From the IMG/VR virus record IMGVR_UViG_2609459844_000006, positions 1 through 25,248 of that record: a stretch of DNA of 25,248 nt; one strand, written 5' to 3'. Under the pieces are notes generated by a model that was not told the DNA's origin, made no database searches, and worked only from the letters and a program-made list of their open reading frames with translations. The translations under genes were made by a program, and so were the position numbers. The first letter of the stretch is position 1. Each line of letters begins with the position of its first letter. The stretch is from a virus (lineage: Duplodnaviria; Heunggongvirae; Uroviricota; Caudoviricetes). Shown piece after piece: positions 8,081 through 16,358 of this stretch.

Positions 8081-8323
8081 ATGACACCTGAGCAGTTAGC
8101 CCTTTCAGAGGCAATTGAAACTGCTGGTGGCCAGTCTGAGTTAGCCCGGAAACTAACTGCAAGTTCCGGGAAGGAAGTTAAACAACAACAGGTATGGAAC
8201 TGGCTCAACAGAGAAAAAAGGTCGCCAATAAAGCAATCTCAGTACATTGAGAGCGTTACTGGCATCCCAAAAGAAAGACTGCGTCCTGATGTTTTCCAAA
8301 AGTCTACAGATTCAGCAGCTTAA
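8081..8323 (+). CDS. Cro-like small HTH regulator
   Basis: 80-aa ORF from ATG 8081 with AGGAG SD; contains HTH-like segment (LSEAIETAGGQSELARKL); first rightward gene opposite cI. Confidence 0.55.
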   Translation: MTPEQLALSEAIETAGGQSELARKLTASSGKEVKQQQVWNWLNREKRSPIKQSQYIESVTGIPKERLRPDVFQKSTDSAA

Positions 8324-8352
8324 TCAACAACCACAAAAGAGAGGAGTTAACC

Positions 8353-8598
8353 GTGGGTAACAGCAGCGAGACAAAAGATACAAACAGCGTGACCGCTAAA
8401 AGCGATGAAGGACAAATAACCATTTCCGAAGGAAAGATGCGGGTTTACATGTCATTCCAGCCAATTGTCCTTCCCCTTATTGGCGAGCTGATAAACGAGA
8501 TGATCCTTAGAGGGAGATCCGCGGAGGAAATACAGGCGGCAGTTGAAAGCGCCGCCCGTGGTTATTCAACGTTCTATCTTTCGTTTGTTCATGGCTAG
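8353..8598 (+). CDS. hypothetical small protein (start uncertain; alternative ATG at 8434)
   Basis: ORF with GTG start after GAGAGG; alternative ATG 8434 has AAGGAAAG SD. Converges on a minus-strand ORF, so one of the two may be non-coding. Confidence 0.3.
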   Translation: MGNSSETKDTNSVTAKSDEGQITISEGKMRVYMSFQPIVLPLIGELINEMILRGRSAEEIQAAVESAARGYSTFYLSFVHG

Positions 8599-8831
8599 CA
8601 CTGCGTACGTTGATATTGCTCTTCGGTTTCTTTTGATCTGGCGGACTCTATTTCCTTCAGTTTGTTTCGGTAAAGCTCACTGAAGACCAGTTCTGCATTG
8701 GTGATCAACTGAAAAACCTCTTCTGGCGACTTCTGGAATGTTTTGAAGTGACCAGACAAGACAAGATTCATGGCCAGATCGTGAGCGGCTTCTTCGGGAG
8801 ACTTGCCGTAAGGCAGTGAATTTACAGACAT
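8595..8831 (-). CDS. hypothetical small protein encoded antisense to early-right operon
   Basis: 78-aa ORF from ATG 8831 with strong AGGAGG SD 5 nt upstream. Confidence 0.4.
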   Translation of the reverse strand: MSVNSLPYGKSPEEAAHDLAMNLVLSGHFKTFQKSPEEVFQLITNAELVFSELYRNKLKEIESARSKETEEQYQRTQC

Positions 8832-8916
8832 GTCGAACCTCCTTCGGTTCTGTTGGTGTGAGAGCTTGCAGGCTATCACCGTCAGGAAGTTCGGCGCCAA
8901 TAATGGAGTTGCAGTA

Positions 8917-9465
8917 ATGAACGAACCGCAATGGAAAGTCGAACGTCAGCCTTCTTGGCTGGTGGTAGCGATTAAAAAAACGATTACCGAACTGCCTGGC
9001 GGGTATTCCGAAGCAGCTGAGTGGTTGGGTGTGACCGAGAACGCGCTGTTTAACCGCCTTCGCGTCGACGGGGATCAGATCTTCCCTATGGGATGGGCGA
9101 TGGTTTTACAGAAAGCAGCCGGTGTTAGCTACATAGCTGATGCGTTTTCTCGTCAAACAGATAACGGGATACACGTTCCGGGTGCGGTGCCAGATGACGA
9201 AAACGAAGAAATTGGCTTAAAGCTGGCCGAGCTGGTGGGGCGTCTCGGAGAACTGGTCAACGCTTACCGTTGGTATATCGACGATGGGGTTGTTGATAAG
9301 GGTGAGTGGCAAAGCCTTAACGACATTGCATATCAGTTCAGGGTAACTCTGATGACCTTTCTGAATTTGATTGCCCGTGTTTACTGCCTTCCAGAAAAGA
9401 GTGACGCCCGTGAGTGTGCAGCTCCGGGCGCCTTGGCGAACAACTCTTCGAGTATGGAGAAATAA
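8917..9465 (+). CDS. putative cII-like regulatory protein
   Basis: 182-aa ORF at the cII position (after cro, before replication gene), GGAG SD upstream; family assignment is positional and from memory, not verified. Confidence 0.4.
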   Translation: MNEPQWKVERQPSWLVVAIKKTITELPGGYSEAAEWLGVTENALFNRLRVDGDQIFPMGWAMVLQKAAGVSYIADAFSRQTDNGIHVPGAVPDDENEEIGLKLAELVGRLGELVNAYRWYIDDGVVDKGEWQSLNDIAYQFRVTLMTFLNLIARVYCLPEKSDARECAAPGALANNSSSMEK

Positions 9466-9637
9466 TCCGCATGAACAGTTTAACGGCTTTTAACCGTCTA
9501 CCGCAACTCAGGATGCTCCCTGTTTCGGGTACTCCGTTGTTTCGGTATGAACGCAGATTATCAAACCGCTGGGTACCGTGTAACCACAGTAGGGCGGTTT
9601 CAATTGTGGGGGTCTACAACCGGAGGGCAAAACGCCT

Positions 9638-9823
9638 GTGCGCGAACTTAACCGAAGGTTCAAAGACTACCGTGGAGTGCCAGTCCGTGTTATCCGCTGG
9701 GAGCCAGAAACACAGCGCGTTGTCTATCTGCGTGATGGCTACCCGCACGAATGCTTCAGCCCACTTGAGCATTTCAGGCGAAAGTTCAGGGAGATAACGG
9801 ACGATCATGAGCCAGATATTTGA
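9638..9823 (+). CDS. hypothetical small protein
   Basis: 61-aa ORF with GTG start and GGAGGG upstream; 3' end overlaps start of replication gene. Confidence 0.3.
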   Translation: MRELNRRFKDYRGVPVRVIRWEPETQRVVYLRDGYPHECFSPLEHFRRKFREITDDHEPDI

Positions 9824-10739
9824 AATCGTTCAATCGCTGTCGGGGCAAAGGAATAGCATCACCATTCCGGTCCCGTACCTCGATTATTTCTCCGGCGATC
9901 AGCAGGCGCATGCTTTGGGCGCTGTGCTAAACCAGCTCGTGTTCTGGTCTGGTAAATCAGATCTGAATGATGGCTGGTTTTATAAAGAGCACAGCGAGCT
10001 TGCGGCAGAGATTCGCGGCGTGAGTGAAGATCAGGTGCAGCGCCTGGTAAACAAGATTTGTACCCGCTGGCTACCAGGGGTTGTTGAAAAGGCGCAGCGA
10101 CAGGTAAACGGCACGAAAAAGACGCATTACCGTATCAATGGCGAAGCGCTAATCAATGTTTTATTCCCGGCAACGCTGGATTCCGCAGAATCGCGGAACG
10201 GGAAACGCGAAGTCGCGGAACCTATTCCGCAGAATCACGGAACCGAAAACGCAGAATCGCGGAACCCTAACCGCGAAGTCGCGGAACCTATTCTCTATAC
10301 AGATCATTACTCAGATCACCACAAACAGATCATTAACCCCTCTTGTCCGGTTGCGCCGCAACCAGACCCTGAGGTGTTGATCACTGATAACGCCATCCTG
10401 GTTTTAACTCATTTGAACCAGGTAAGCGGCTCCCGGTACCAGAAATCTAAAACCTCTCTGGAAAACATACGTGCCCGTCTGCGTGAAGGTTATACCGTCA
10501 GCGACTTAACGCTGGTGATTGACCTCAAGCATGAACACTGGAACGGCAATGACGTGCAGTATCAGTACATGCGGCCTGAAACTCTGTTTGGGCCGAAAAA
10601 ATTTGAGGGTTATCTGCAAAGCGGGCTCCGCTGGGATAAGAAAGGCCGTCCCCCTCGTGAAAGCTGGGGCGAGAAGAAACATGACCCGATGAAGTTCGGC
10701 CCGGTAGATACCAAAATTCCAGAGGGATTCAGAGGATGA
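9807..10739 (+). CDS. phage replication initiator (O-like; conserved phage C-terminal domain)
   Basis: 310-aa ORF at the O position; internal DNA iterons within the coding sequence as in lambda O; C-terminal region resembles the conserved phage replication C-terminal domain. Confidence 0.65.
   Translation: MSQIFEIVQSLSGQRNSITIPVPYLDYFSGDQQAHALGAVLNQLVFWSGKSDLNDGWFYKEHSELAAEIRGVSEDQVQRLVNKICTRWLPGVVEKAQRQVNGTKKTHYRINGEALINVLFPATLDSAESRNGKREVAEPIPQNHGTENAESRNPNREVAEPILYTDHYSDHHKQIINPSCPVAPQPDPEVLITDNAILVLTHLNQVSGSRYQKSKTSLENIRARLREGYTVSDLTLVIDLKHEHWNGNDVQYQYMRPETLFGPKKFEGYLQSGLRWDKKGRPPRESWGEKKHDPMKFGPVDTKIPEGFRG
10183..10293. repeat. ori-like iterons (five ~18-22 bp direct repeats, core GAATCGCGGAACC / GAAGTCGCGGAACCTATTC)
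   Basis: Direct repeats at about 10183-10199, 10206-10227, 10226-10243, 10250-10267 and 10271-10293 inside the replication gene, encoding the repeated peptide AESRNGKREVAEPIP. Confidence 0.55.
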
Positions 10740-11488
10740 TTGAAAACAAATACTGCCGCGCGCTGGCCGAACTGCGTTCAAAACCAGCTCACGAATTGAA
10801 AGAAGTTGGCGATCAGTGGCGGACACCGGATCTGCTTTTATGGGGTATCAACGCGCTATTTGGTCCATTAGTTCTGGACTTGTTTGCTGACGACGACAAC
10901 GCGAAATGCCCAGCATGGTACACCGCCGAAGATAACGCACTGACGCAGGACTGGTCTGAACGTCTGGCAGAACTGGGTGGCGCGGCTTTTGCCAACCCTC
11001 CATATAGCCGCTCGCAGTACCACGAGAAACAGGCGATCACTGGTATGACGCACATCATGAAGTACGCAGCAACCCAGCGCGAGAAGGGCGGTCGCTATGT
11101 ATTCCTGATAAAAGCCGCGCCGAGTGAAACGTGGTGGCCGGAAGATGCCGATCACATTGTATTCATTCGCGGGCGCATTGGTTTCGATCTGCCAGTGTGG
11201 TTTGTACCTGCTGACGAAAAACAGAAGCCCACCAGCGCGTTTTTTTCCGGAGCCATAGCTGTATTCGATAAGTCATGGCGTGGTGAGCGGTTCAGCTATA
11301 TCAACCGTACAGAACTGGAGGCAAAAGGTCGGGCATTTATGGCGCTGGCCCAATTCGCTGTTGGCAAAGAGCCGACAATTGCAATGCGGCCCCCCAGGAT
11401 CCAGTCATACCATCGGAAACTGAGTCACGAATCTGGCCTCTCGAGGTTGGTCTGGTGTTTAACCAGGTGGAAGGCGTTGACGTATTGA
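10736..11488 (+). CDS. phage Dam-family N6-adenine DNA methyltransferase (3' end uncertain)
   Basis: NPPY motif (AFANPPYS) typical of N6-adenine MTases; ATGA overlap with the replication gene stop. Last ~30 codons look non-protein-like and follow a C6 homopolymer at 11390-11395. Confidence 0.65.
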   Translation: MIENKYCRALAELRSKPAHELKEVGDQWRTPDLLLWGINALFGPLVLDLFADDDNAKCPAWYTAEDNALTQDWSERLAELGGAAFANPPYSRSQYHEKQAITGMTHIMKYAATQREKGGRYVFLIKAAPSETWWPEDADHIVFIRGRIGFDLPVWFVPADEKQKPTSAFFSGAIAVFDKSWRGERFSYINRTELEAKGRAFMALAQFAVGKEPTIAMRPPRIQSYHRKLSHESGLSRLVWCLTRWKALTY

Positions 11489-11616
11489 GCGAGGCTCAGC
11501 AGAACAAGCTGAAAGCCAACATCAATCAACTCTGGCTGGAACGAACGGCCACCAGCGAAATTATCACAATTGCGCAAGGTCTTGTCGACAGCATGCAGGG
11601 GGTAACTCATGCGTGA
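11455..11616 (+). CDS. hypothetical small nin-region-like protein (or frameshifted 3' part of the MTase)
   Basis: Protein-like frame (VFNQVEGVDVLSEAQQNKLKANINQLWLERTATSEIITIAQGLVDSMQGVTHA) with GTG start and GAGG SD; the same frame is open upstream into the MTase. Confidence 0.3.
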   Translation: MFNQVEGVDVLSEAQQNKLKANINQLWLERTATSEIITIAQGLVDSMQGVTHA

Positions 11617-11731
11617 AACAGTCTTTTATCGCCCTGCCGGTATAGCGCCTATTTCGGATGTTGTTCAACGTGTTCGTCACTATAGCGGGAAAGTTGAGGT
11701 ATGTTTCAGGAATTATGACGGAGGCTTTTAA
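11609..11731 (+). CDS. hypothetical small protein (40 aa)
   Basis: ATG 11609 preceded by AGGGGG 7 nt upstream; stop overlaps rusA start (TAATG). Confidence 0.3.
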   Translation: MRETVFYRPAGIAPISDVVQRVRHYSGKVEVCFRNYDGGF

Positions 11732-12117
11732 TGAGGCTCATACTCCCATTTCCACCCAGCGTGAACACTTACTGGCGCGCTCCTAACAAGGGGGCGCTGG
11801 CTGGTCGTCACCTCATTAGCGCTGAAGGCCGTAAATACCAGAGCGCTGCCTGCGTGGCGATCATTGAGCAATTACGACGTCTCCCGAAGCCATCGACTGA
11901 ACTGGCTGCGGTAGAAATCACTCTGTACCCGCCGGATGCGCGCCGCCGGGATATCGATAATTACAACAAAGCCCTGTTTGACGCGCTGACGCATGCGGGT
12001 GTCTGGGAAGATGACAGCCAGATTAAGCGCATGCTGGTGGAATGGGGACCCGTAGTGCCGAAAGGTCGGGTAGAGATAACGATCAGCAGATATGAACCGG
12101 CGGGGGCAGCCGCCTGA
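11731..12117 (+). CDS. rusA: RusA-family Holliday junction resolvase
   Basis: N-terminus MRLILPFPPSVNTYWR and ~128-aa size are characteristic of RusA endodeoxyribonuclease; location in the nin-like region. Confidence 0.85.
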   Translation: MRLILPFPPSVNTYWRAPNKGALAGRHLISAEGRKYQSAACVAIIEQLRRLPKPSTELAAVEITLYPPDARRRDIDNYNKALFDALTHAGVWEDDSQIKRMLVEWGPVVPKGRVEITISRYEPAGAAA

Positions 12118-12130
12118 TATGGAGAAAAGT

Positions 12131-12817
12131 ATGAGCCAGTTAATCGTGAATGGTGTAGTAACAATGTCCAGCCGTGATATTGCGGATCTGGTTCAGAGTA
12201 AACACAGTGACGTGAAACGCTCGGCTGAGCGTCTTGTTGCTGCGGGAATTTTAACCGCGCCATTGGCGCAGTTCGATTTTGAGCATAACGGTAATGTGTA
12301 CCAGGAGTATCGTTTTAACAAACGCGACTCTCTGGTGATTGTTGCCAGACTGTCACCTGAATTTACCGCCGCGGTCGTCGATCGCTGGCAGGAACTGGAA
12401 GAAGGGCAGAGTGTCAGTGTTCCCCGCTCATTACCGGAAGCGCTTCGCCTGGCTGCTGATTTAGCCGAGCAGAAAGAGCAACTGACGATCCAACTGGCAG
12501 CCGCGGCGCCAAAAGTGGAGTTTGTTGATCGTTATTGCTCAGCAAAAGGCTCCATGTCATTCCGGCAGGTAGCCAAATTGCTTAACGCAAAAGAAACTGA
12601 GTTTCGTCTGTTCCTTATTGAACGCAATATCCTGTATCGCCTCGGCGGCACACTTACCCCCATGGCGCAGCACATTTCCGCGGGAAGATTTGAAGTTAAG
12701 ACGGGAACATCGAGCACATCCAATCACGCATTCAGCCAGACGCGTTTCACTGCCAAGGGAGTACGCTGGATTGGTGGTTTGTGGGCTGAACATATTGCAG
12801 GGGGGCAAGCGGCGTGA
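12131..12817 (+). CDS. Rha-family phage regulatory protein / antirepressor (KilAC-type C-terminal domain)
   Basis: Start at ATG 12131 with GGAGAAAAG SD; N-terminal Rha-like segment (LIVNGVVTMSSRDIADLV..KHSDVKR) and antirepressor-like C-terminal domain. Confidence 0.65.
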   Translation: MSQLIVNGVVTMSSRDIADLVQSKHSDVKRSAERLVAAGILTAPLAQFDFEHNGNVYQEYRFNKRDSLVIVARLSPEFTAAVVDRWQELEEGQSVSVPRSLPEALRLAADLAEQKEQLTIQLAAAAPKVEFVDRYCSAKGSMSFRQVAKLLNAKETEFRLFLIERNILYRLGGTLTPMAQHISAGRFEVKTGTSSTSNHAFSQTRFTAKGVRWIGGLWAEHIAGGQAA

Positions 12818-13809
12818 GGGCTTTGTTAACTCCTGAAGTAGCCCATCGCATGGGGATTGTGTTGTTTCGTCCCGGCGCGGAACTGATGCACCTCTTCATG
12901 CGCGGTCGCGTCCTTCTCGAACCTGAACCAGAAGAAATGGCGTCATTCAGTACAGGAGCTGTTCCCGCCGCCATTCAGCCGCTGGCTGATGATCCGGTAA
13001 TGCGGCAGGTCTTCGGGAATGAGCGGGTTATTCAGCGTGCCGGTGGGCTTCCTTCCCTTGAGCAATGGTTGAGTACCCGGTTTGATTGCCAGTGGCCACA
13101 TTCATCGTGGCACGACAAGAACTTCACAACAATGCGGCACCCACCAGGAAGCATTCGCCTGTGCTGGCATTGCGATCACACTTTGTCCGGGCAGCATACT
13201 GAACAGCTTGCAGTTATAGCTGCCGGAAACCTGGTATCCTGGATTCTGGAAGTCATTCGGCGTGATTCTGGTTTTCCCGAGTCGCATATCCTGACGCTTC
13301 CGGAACTGTGCTGGTGGATGGTCAGAAACGACCTGGCTGATGTTATTCCGGAAAGCGTTGCGCACAGGGGGTTGCGCCTTCCGGATGAGAAGATCCGCTC
13401 TGTCATGAGGGAAAGCGACATAGTGCCTTCCCCGTCTGCAACCAGCCTCGTGCAGAAGAAAGCGAAGAAGATCCTCACGCTCTCTGTTGATCCGGAGTCG
13501 CCAGAATCTTTCATGCTCAGGCCAAAACGCCGCCGCTGGGTAAATGAGACATACACCCGCTGGGTTAAAACACAACCCTGTGAGTGTTGCCGAGGGCCAG
13601 CAGATGATCCGCACCATATCGTAGGGCACGGTTTGGGTGGTACAGCAACAAAAGCCCATGACCTCTTCGTGATCCCTCTGTGCAGAGAGTGCCACGACGA
13701 GTTACACGCCGATGTACCGGCATTCGAGCAGAAGCATGGTACGCAGCTTGAGCTGCTACTGCGTTTTATGGATCGGGCGCTGGCGATCGGCGTAATTGCG
13801 AAAGCTTAA
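12814..13809 (+). CDS. DUF968-like prophage protein with C-terminal Cys/His zinc-binding (HNH-like) motif
   Basis: GTG start overlapping upstream stop (GTGA) with G-rich SD; C-terminus CECC..HH..CRECH cluster; resembles YdfU-type prophage proteins (from memory). Confidence 0.5.
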   Translation: MRALLTPEVAHRMGIVLFRPGAELMHLFMRGRVLLEPEPEEMASFSTGAVPAAIQPLADDPVMRQVFGNERVIQRAGGLPSLEQWLSTRFDCQWPHSSWHDKNFTTMRHPPGSIRLCWHCDHTLSGQHTEQLAVIAAGNLVSWILEVIRRDSGFPESHILTLPELCWWMVRNDLADVIPESVAHRGLRLPDEKIRSVMRESDIVPSPSATSLVQKKAKKILTLSVDPESPESFMLRPKRRRWVNETYTRWVKTQPCECCRGPADDPHHIVGHGLGGTATKAHDLFVIPLCRECHDELHADVPAFEQKHGTQLELLLRFMDRALAIGVIAKA

Positions 13810-14520
13810 GTGTATGGAGCGCTGAGAAACATGAATCAACAAGACCTGAACTTTGTCAGAATAGAACTGCGTCGCGCGCTACCTGACCTCTCTGGGGGAA
13901 CAAAAGGGCAGCTTGAGGCTTTCAGTGAACACCCACCAGCAGACAAAAATGCCACCCCGCGCCGTGGCATTCATCTCGTTGAACTCGAGGGAGAGGAGGG
14001 GCCTCGCTTTGTTAACTCTCTTTCCGCACCACTTTATGTGCTGGAAACACGCAGCCGCCGCAGACCAATGGCGCCAATAAAGGATATGGAGTTTGCATAC
14101 GCACCGTGGCGCCGTGCTGTTAATGCTCTCGACGATTACCAGCAGGCCTGGCTGCGTTACTGCTACGGCTTTGATTTGAGCTATAAACACCAGGTGATAA
14201 TGTGTGAGCACGTCTGGAAAAACTATCAGGATTGCCTCATTAAAAACCCGATGCAGTCCCGCGTGGTAAAGAAACTGATCGGCCTGGTATGGCTGGCAGG
14301 TCAGGAGGTTGCCGCCGAAAGGAACAATGAAACCTATAAGGATTATGCTGGCGCGGCGTTGGCCCGCATGGTTAGCGTTGACCGTTCGACATGGTTGCGT
14401 GTCTATTCAGGGCACTGGGCTGGGTTAAAGGCCGCTTTTATCCAGCTTGATGAGTCTGCGCTGGCTATAGCTCTTGAATACTATGAGGAAGAAGAAGCCC
14501 TCAAAGTGGCAGAAATGTGA
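13810..14520 (+). CDS. putative late-gene antiterminator (Q-like); start uncertain (GTG 13810 or ATG 13831)
   Basis: Immediately upstream of a promoter-like element and a short-transcript intrinsic terminator preceding the late/lysis region; assignment is positional. Confidence 0.45.
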   Translation: MYGALRNMNQQDLNFVRIELRRALPDLSGGTKGQLEAFSEHPPADKNATPRRGIHLVELEGEEGPRFVNSLSAPLYVLETRSRRRPMAPIKDMEFAYAPWRRAVNALDDYQQAWLRYCYGFDLSYKHQVIMCEHVWKNYQDCLIKNPMQSRVVKKLIGLVWLAGQEVAAERNNETYKDYAGAALARMVSVDRSTWLRVYSGHWAGLKAAFIQLDESALAIALEYYEEEEALKVAEM

Positions 14521-14550
14521 AGTAAATTTCACTATCTCCTTCAAACTCGC

Positions 14551-14579
14551 TTGCAAAATGCAACAAAATAAGCCATATT
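14551..14579 (+). promoter_or_regulatory. candidate late promoter (PR'-like): TTGCAA -17 nt- CATATT
   Basis: -35-like TTGCAA (14551-14556) and weak -10-like CATATT (14574-14579), about 35 nt upstream of an intrinsic terminator; eye-called only. Confidence 0.25.
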
Positions 14580-14612
14580 TGAAGCATATTTGATATGTTG
14601 CCAAAGTTCTAT

Positions 14613-14640
14613 AAACCCGCCAATGAGCGGGTTTTTTAAT
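14613..14640 (+). terminator. intrinsic terminator (tR'-like) downstream of Q-like gene
   Basis: AAACCCGC-CAATGA-GCGGGTT hairpin followed by TTTTTT. Confidence 0.7.
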
Positions 14641-14988
14641 TTTGCGGATAACTTTTTAATTGCTGGAAAGAGTGTTTTTTCGTTTTGATAGGAAAAAACG
14701 ATGAGTCGGTAACACAAGGCTCCAATGTGCGTAAGTATGATGGATATGATAGTTATGCACAGTATGTCAACAGCGTTCTGCTATTAATTATGTTGTGAAT
14801 AACCTTTTTTGTTGATAACTATTTTTTCTGTGGATAAGTCTATGGGTTTATTAAATTTTTATGCACAAGTAGAACGCTAATGATCCTGTACAATCCCGTA
14901 AAAGCTTCAATACTGATGACAGCAAGATAAAAACCTAACCAGTGAAGCTATTGAAAACATACAGGATTTGGTTTTCTTTGGGAAAATT

Positions 14989-15744
14989 ATGTCAGGACAG
15001 CCTGAGTCAAAAGAACAAGAACTGCTTACAACTATCCTCGATTACTTCCAGAAGGGAGAAATCCCGGATACAGAAACTATTTCGGAAATAGAGCACGATA
15101 TTGCTAAACTTCCAATAAGTGAGCGCGCACATGCGTATGCTTGGCTCAATGGCACTCTTGGGCGTCACTCTGATGCTGTACGTTTATTCAAAGACGCGAT
15201 GAGCTCTGGGAATTCCACGATCGCGCAAAACTACTTGGCGTATCTTTCTCGTTCGGCTCATAACTATGAGCATCGCGTTGAGTTGTTTAGATTGGTTGAA
15301 CTTTTCCCCTCACACGAACTGAGGCTTGTTGCAAGAAACGCTGCATTTTGTATCGGCAATGATAAATTGGTTAAAAAGTTCTCCCTCAAAATGGCTGCTC
15401 TTTATGATGGTCAGGAGCGAGAGGATATAATCAATCAGGGAAACTATATGGTTGAACAGATTGTTGATTTCAAAAACGCTACCCGTCTTTCTTCTAGAGA
15501 ACTAGAAGTTCTTTGTGATCGAGCTGAAGAGATTGCGAACAAGCGTGGTATTAACTGTTCAAGTGTTAGCTATTACCTTGGGGGTGATGATGACAATGCA
15601 TTCATCGTCAGAGCCCAAACTGCTGATCCGCAGGTTTTAGCTGAAATGAACATGGAACTGTTGGTTTTGCTCTCAGATGATAGTTATCGGAACAGTCCTT
15701 TTACATCCTGGTTCCAAAGTGATGAAAAACGAGGGATTTACTGA
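14989..15744 (+). CDS. hypothetical alpha-helical protein, cargo gene A of Q-to-lysis moron
   Basis: Start at ATG 14989 (MSGQPESKEQ...); AT-rich; no recognisable catalytic motif; stop overlaps start of gene B by 1 nt (TGATG). Confidence 0.5.
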   Translation: MSGQPESKEQELLTTILDYFQKGEIPDTETISEIEHDIAKLPISERAHAYAWLNGTLGRHSDAVRLFKDAMSSGNSTIAQNYLAYLSRSAHNYEHRVELFRLVELFPSHELRLVARNAAFCIGNDKLVKKFSLKMAALYDGQEREDIINQGNYMVEQIVDFKNATRLSSRELEVLCDRAEEIANKRGINCSSVSYYLGGDDDNAFIVRAQTADPQVLAEMNMELLVLLSDDSYRNSPFTSWFQSDEKRGIY

Positions 15745-16148
15745 TGAGCGTAACTGGGAAGGATTTTATTTTTTTTGCTGGTAAGTGCATTTCTCACAAC
15801 GATGAAATCGGTTACAGAAACGCCATTGGTCGCGCGTATTATGGAGTTTATCATGAAACACTTGATAAGCTTGAGAAGTGCCCAAACAAGTCATCACACC
15901 AAGCTGTTCGTGACTACCTTACAAATGACGCATGGTTAAAAGGAAATGAGCCGTTTGAAAAAATGAAACTCATTTCTATGGGAACAATGCTAAGACATTT
16001 GCATACCCGCCGTAAATGGGCAGATTACGAGCTTGATAGAACTTTAAGTAAGGCTGATGCAGAAGCTATATTAATCATGGCTAATAAAGCTATAGATACC
16101 CTTCAGCAAATGTATGAGCAGGTTTATCCATCCGAACCTGCTGCTTGA
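15744..16148 (+). CDS. hypothetical protein with Rx6H HEPN-like motif, cargo gene B of Q-to-lysis moron
   Basis: 134-aa ORF; motif GRAYYGVYH (R-x6-H) fits the HEPN Rx4-6H signature, though HEPN motifs are more often C-terminal; followed by two tandem intrinsic terminators. Confidence 0.5.
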   Translation: MSVTGKDFIFFAGKCISHNDEIGYRNAIGRAYYGVYHETLDKLEKCPNKSSHQAVRDYLTNDAWLKGNEPFEKMKLISMGTMLRHLHTRRKWADYELDRTLSKADAEAILIMANKAIDTLQQMYEQVYPSEPAA

Positions 16149-16164
16149 TTATCTATTCGAAATA

Positions 16165-16187
16165 ACCTCGCTTAGGCGGGGTTTTTT
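16165..16187 (+). terminator. intrinsic terminator 1 after cargo operon
   Basis: CCTCGC-TTAG-GCGGGG stem-loop (one G:U pair) followed by TTTTTTT. Confidence 0.6.
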
Positions 16188-16197
16188 TATGTCTTCG

Positions 16198-16220
16198 CAC
16201 CTCCATTTCGGAGGTGTTTT
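16198..16220 (+). terminator. intrinsic terminator 2 after cargo operon
   Basis: Perfect 7-bp stem CACCTCC-ATTTC-GGAGGTG followed by TTTT. Confidence 0.65.
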
Positions 16221-16358
16221 GCTGTGGAAATGGGCGGCTGGTGGGTGTTAGCGCACCCGGCCAGCCATCAGCTCATGCTTTCAGGTCACAAGCTAACCAA
16301 GGCCCACTGCTTTAGCGCAAAAGCAACGTGAGCCTATCAGAGTTACGCTTACTGATCT

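Noticed and set aside
9414-9797. 127-aa plus-strand ORF overlapping the cII-like gene end and the small 9638 ORF
   Set aside because: Ser/Arg/Cys-rich low-complexity translation, no SD, overlaps better candidates in other frames.
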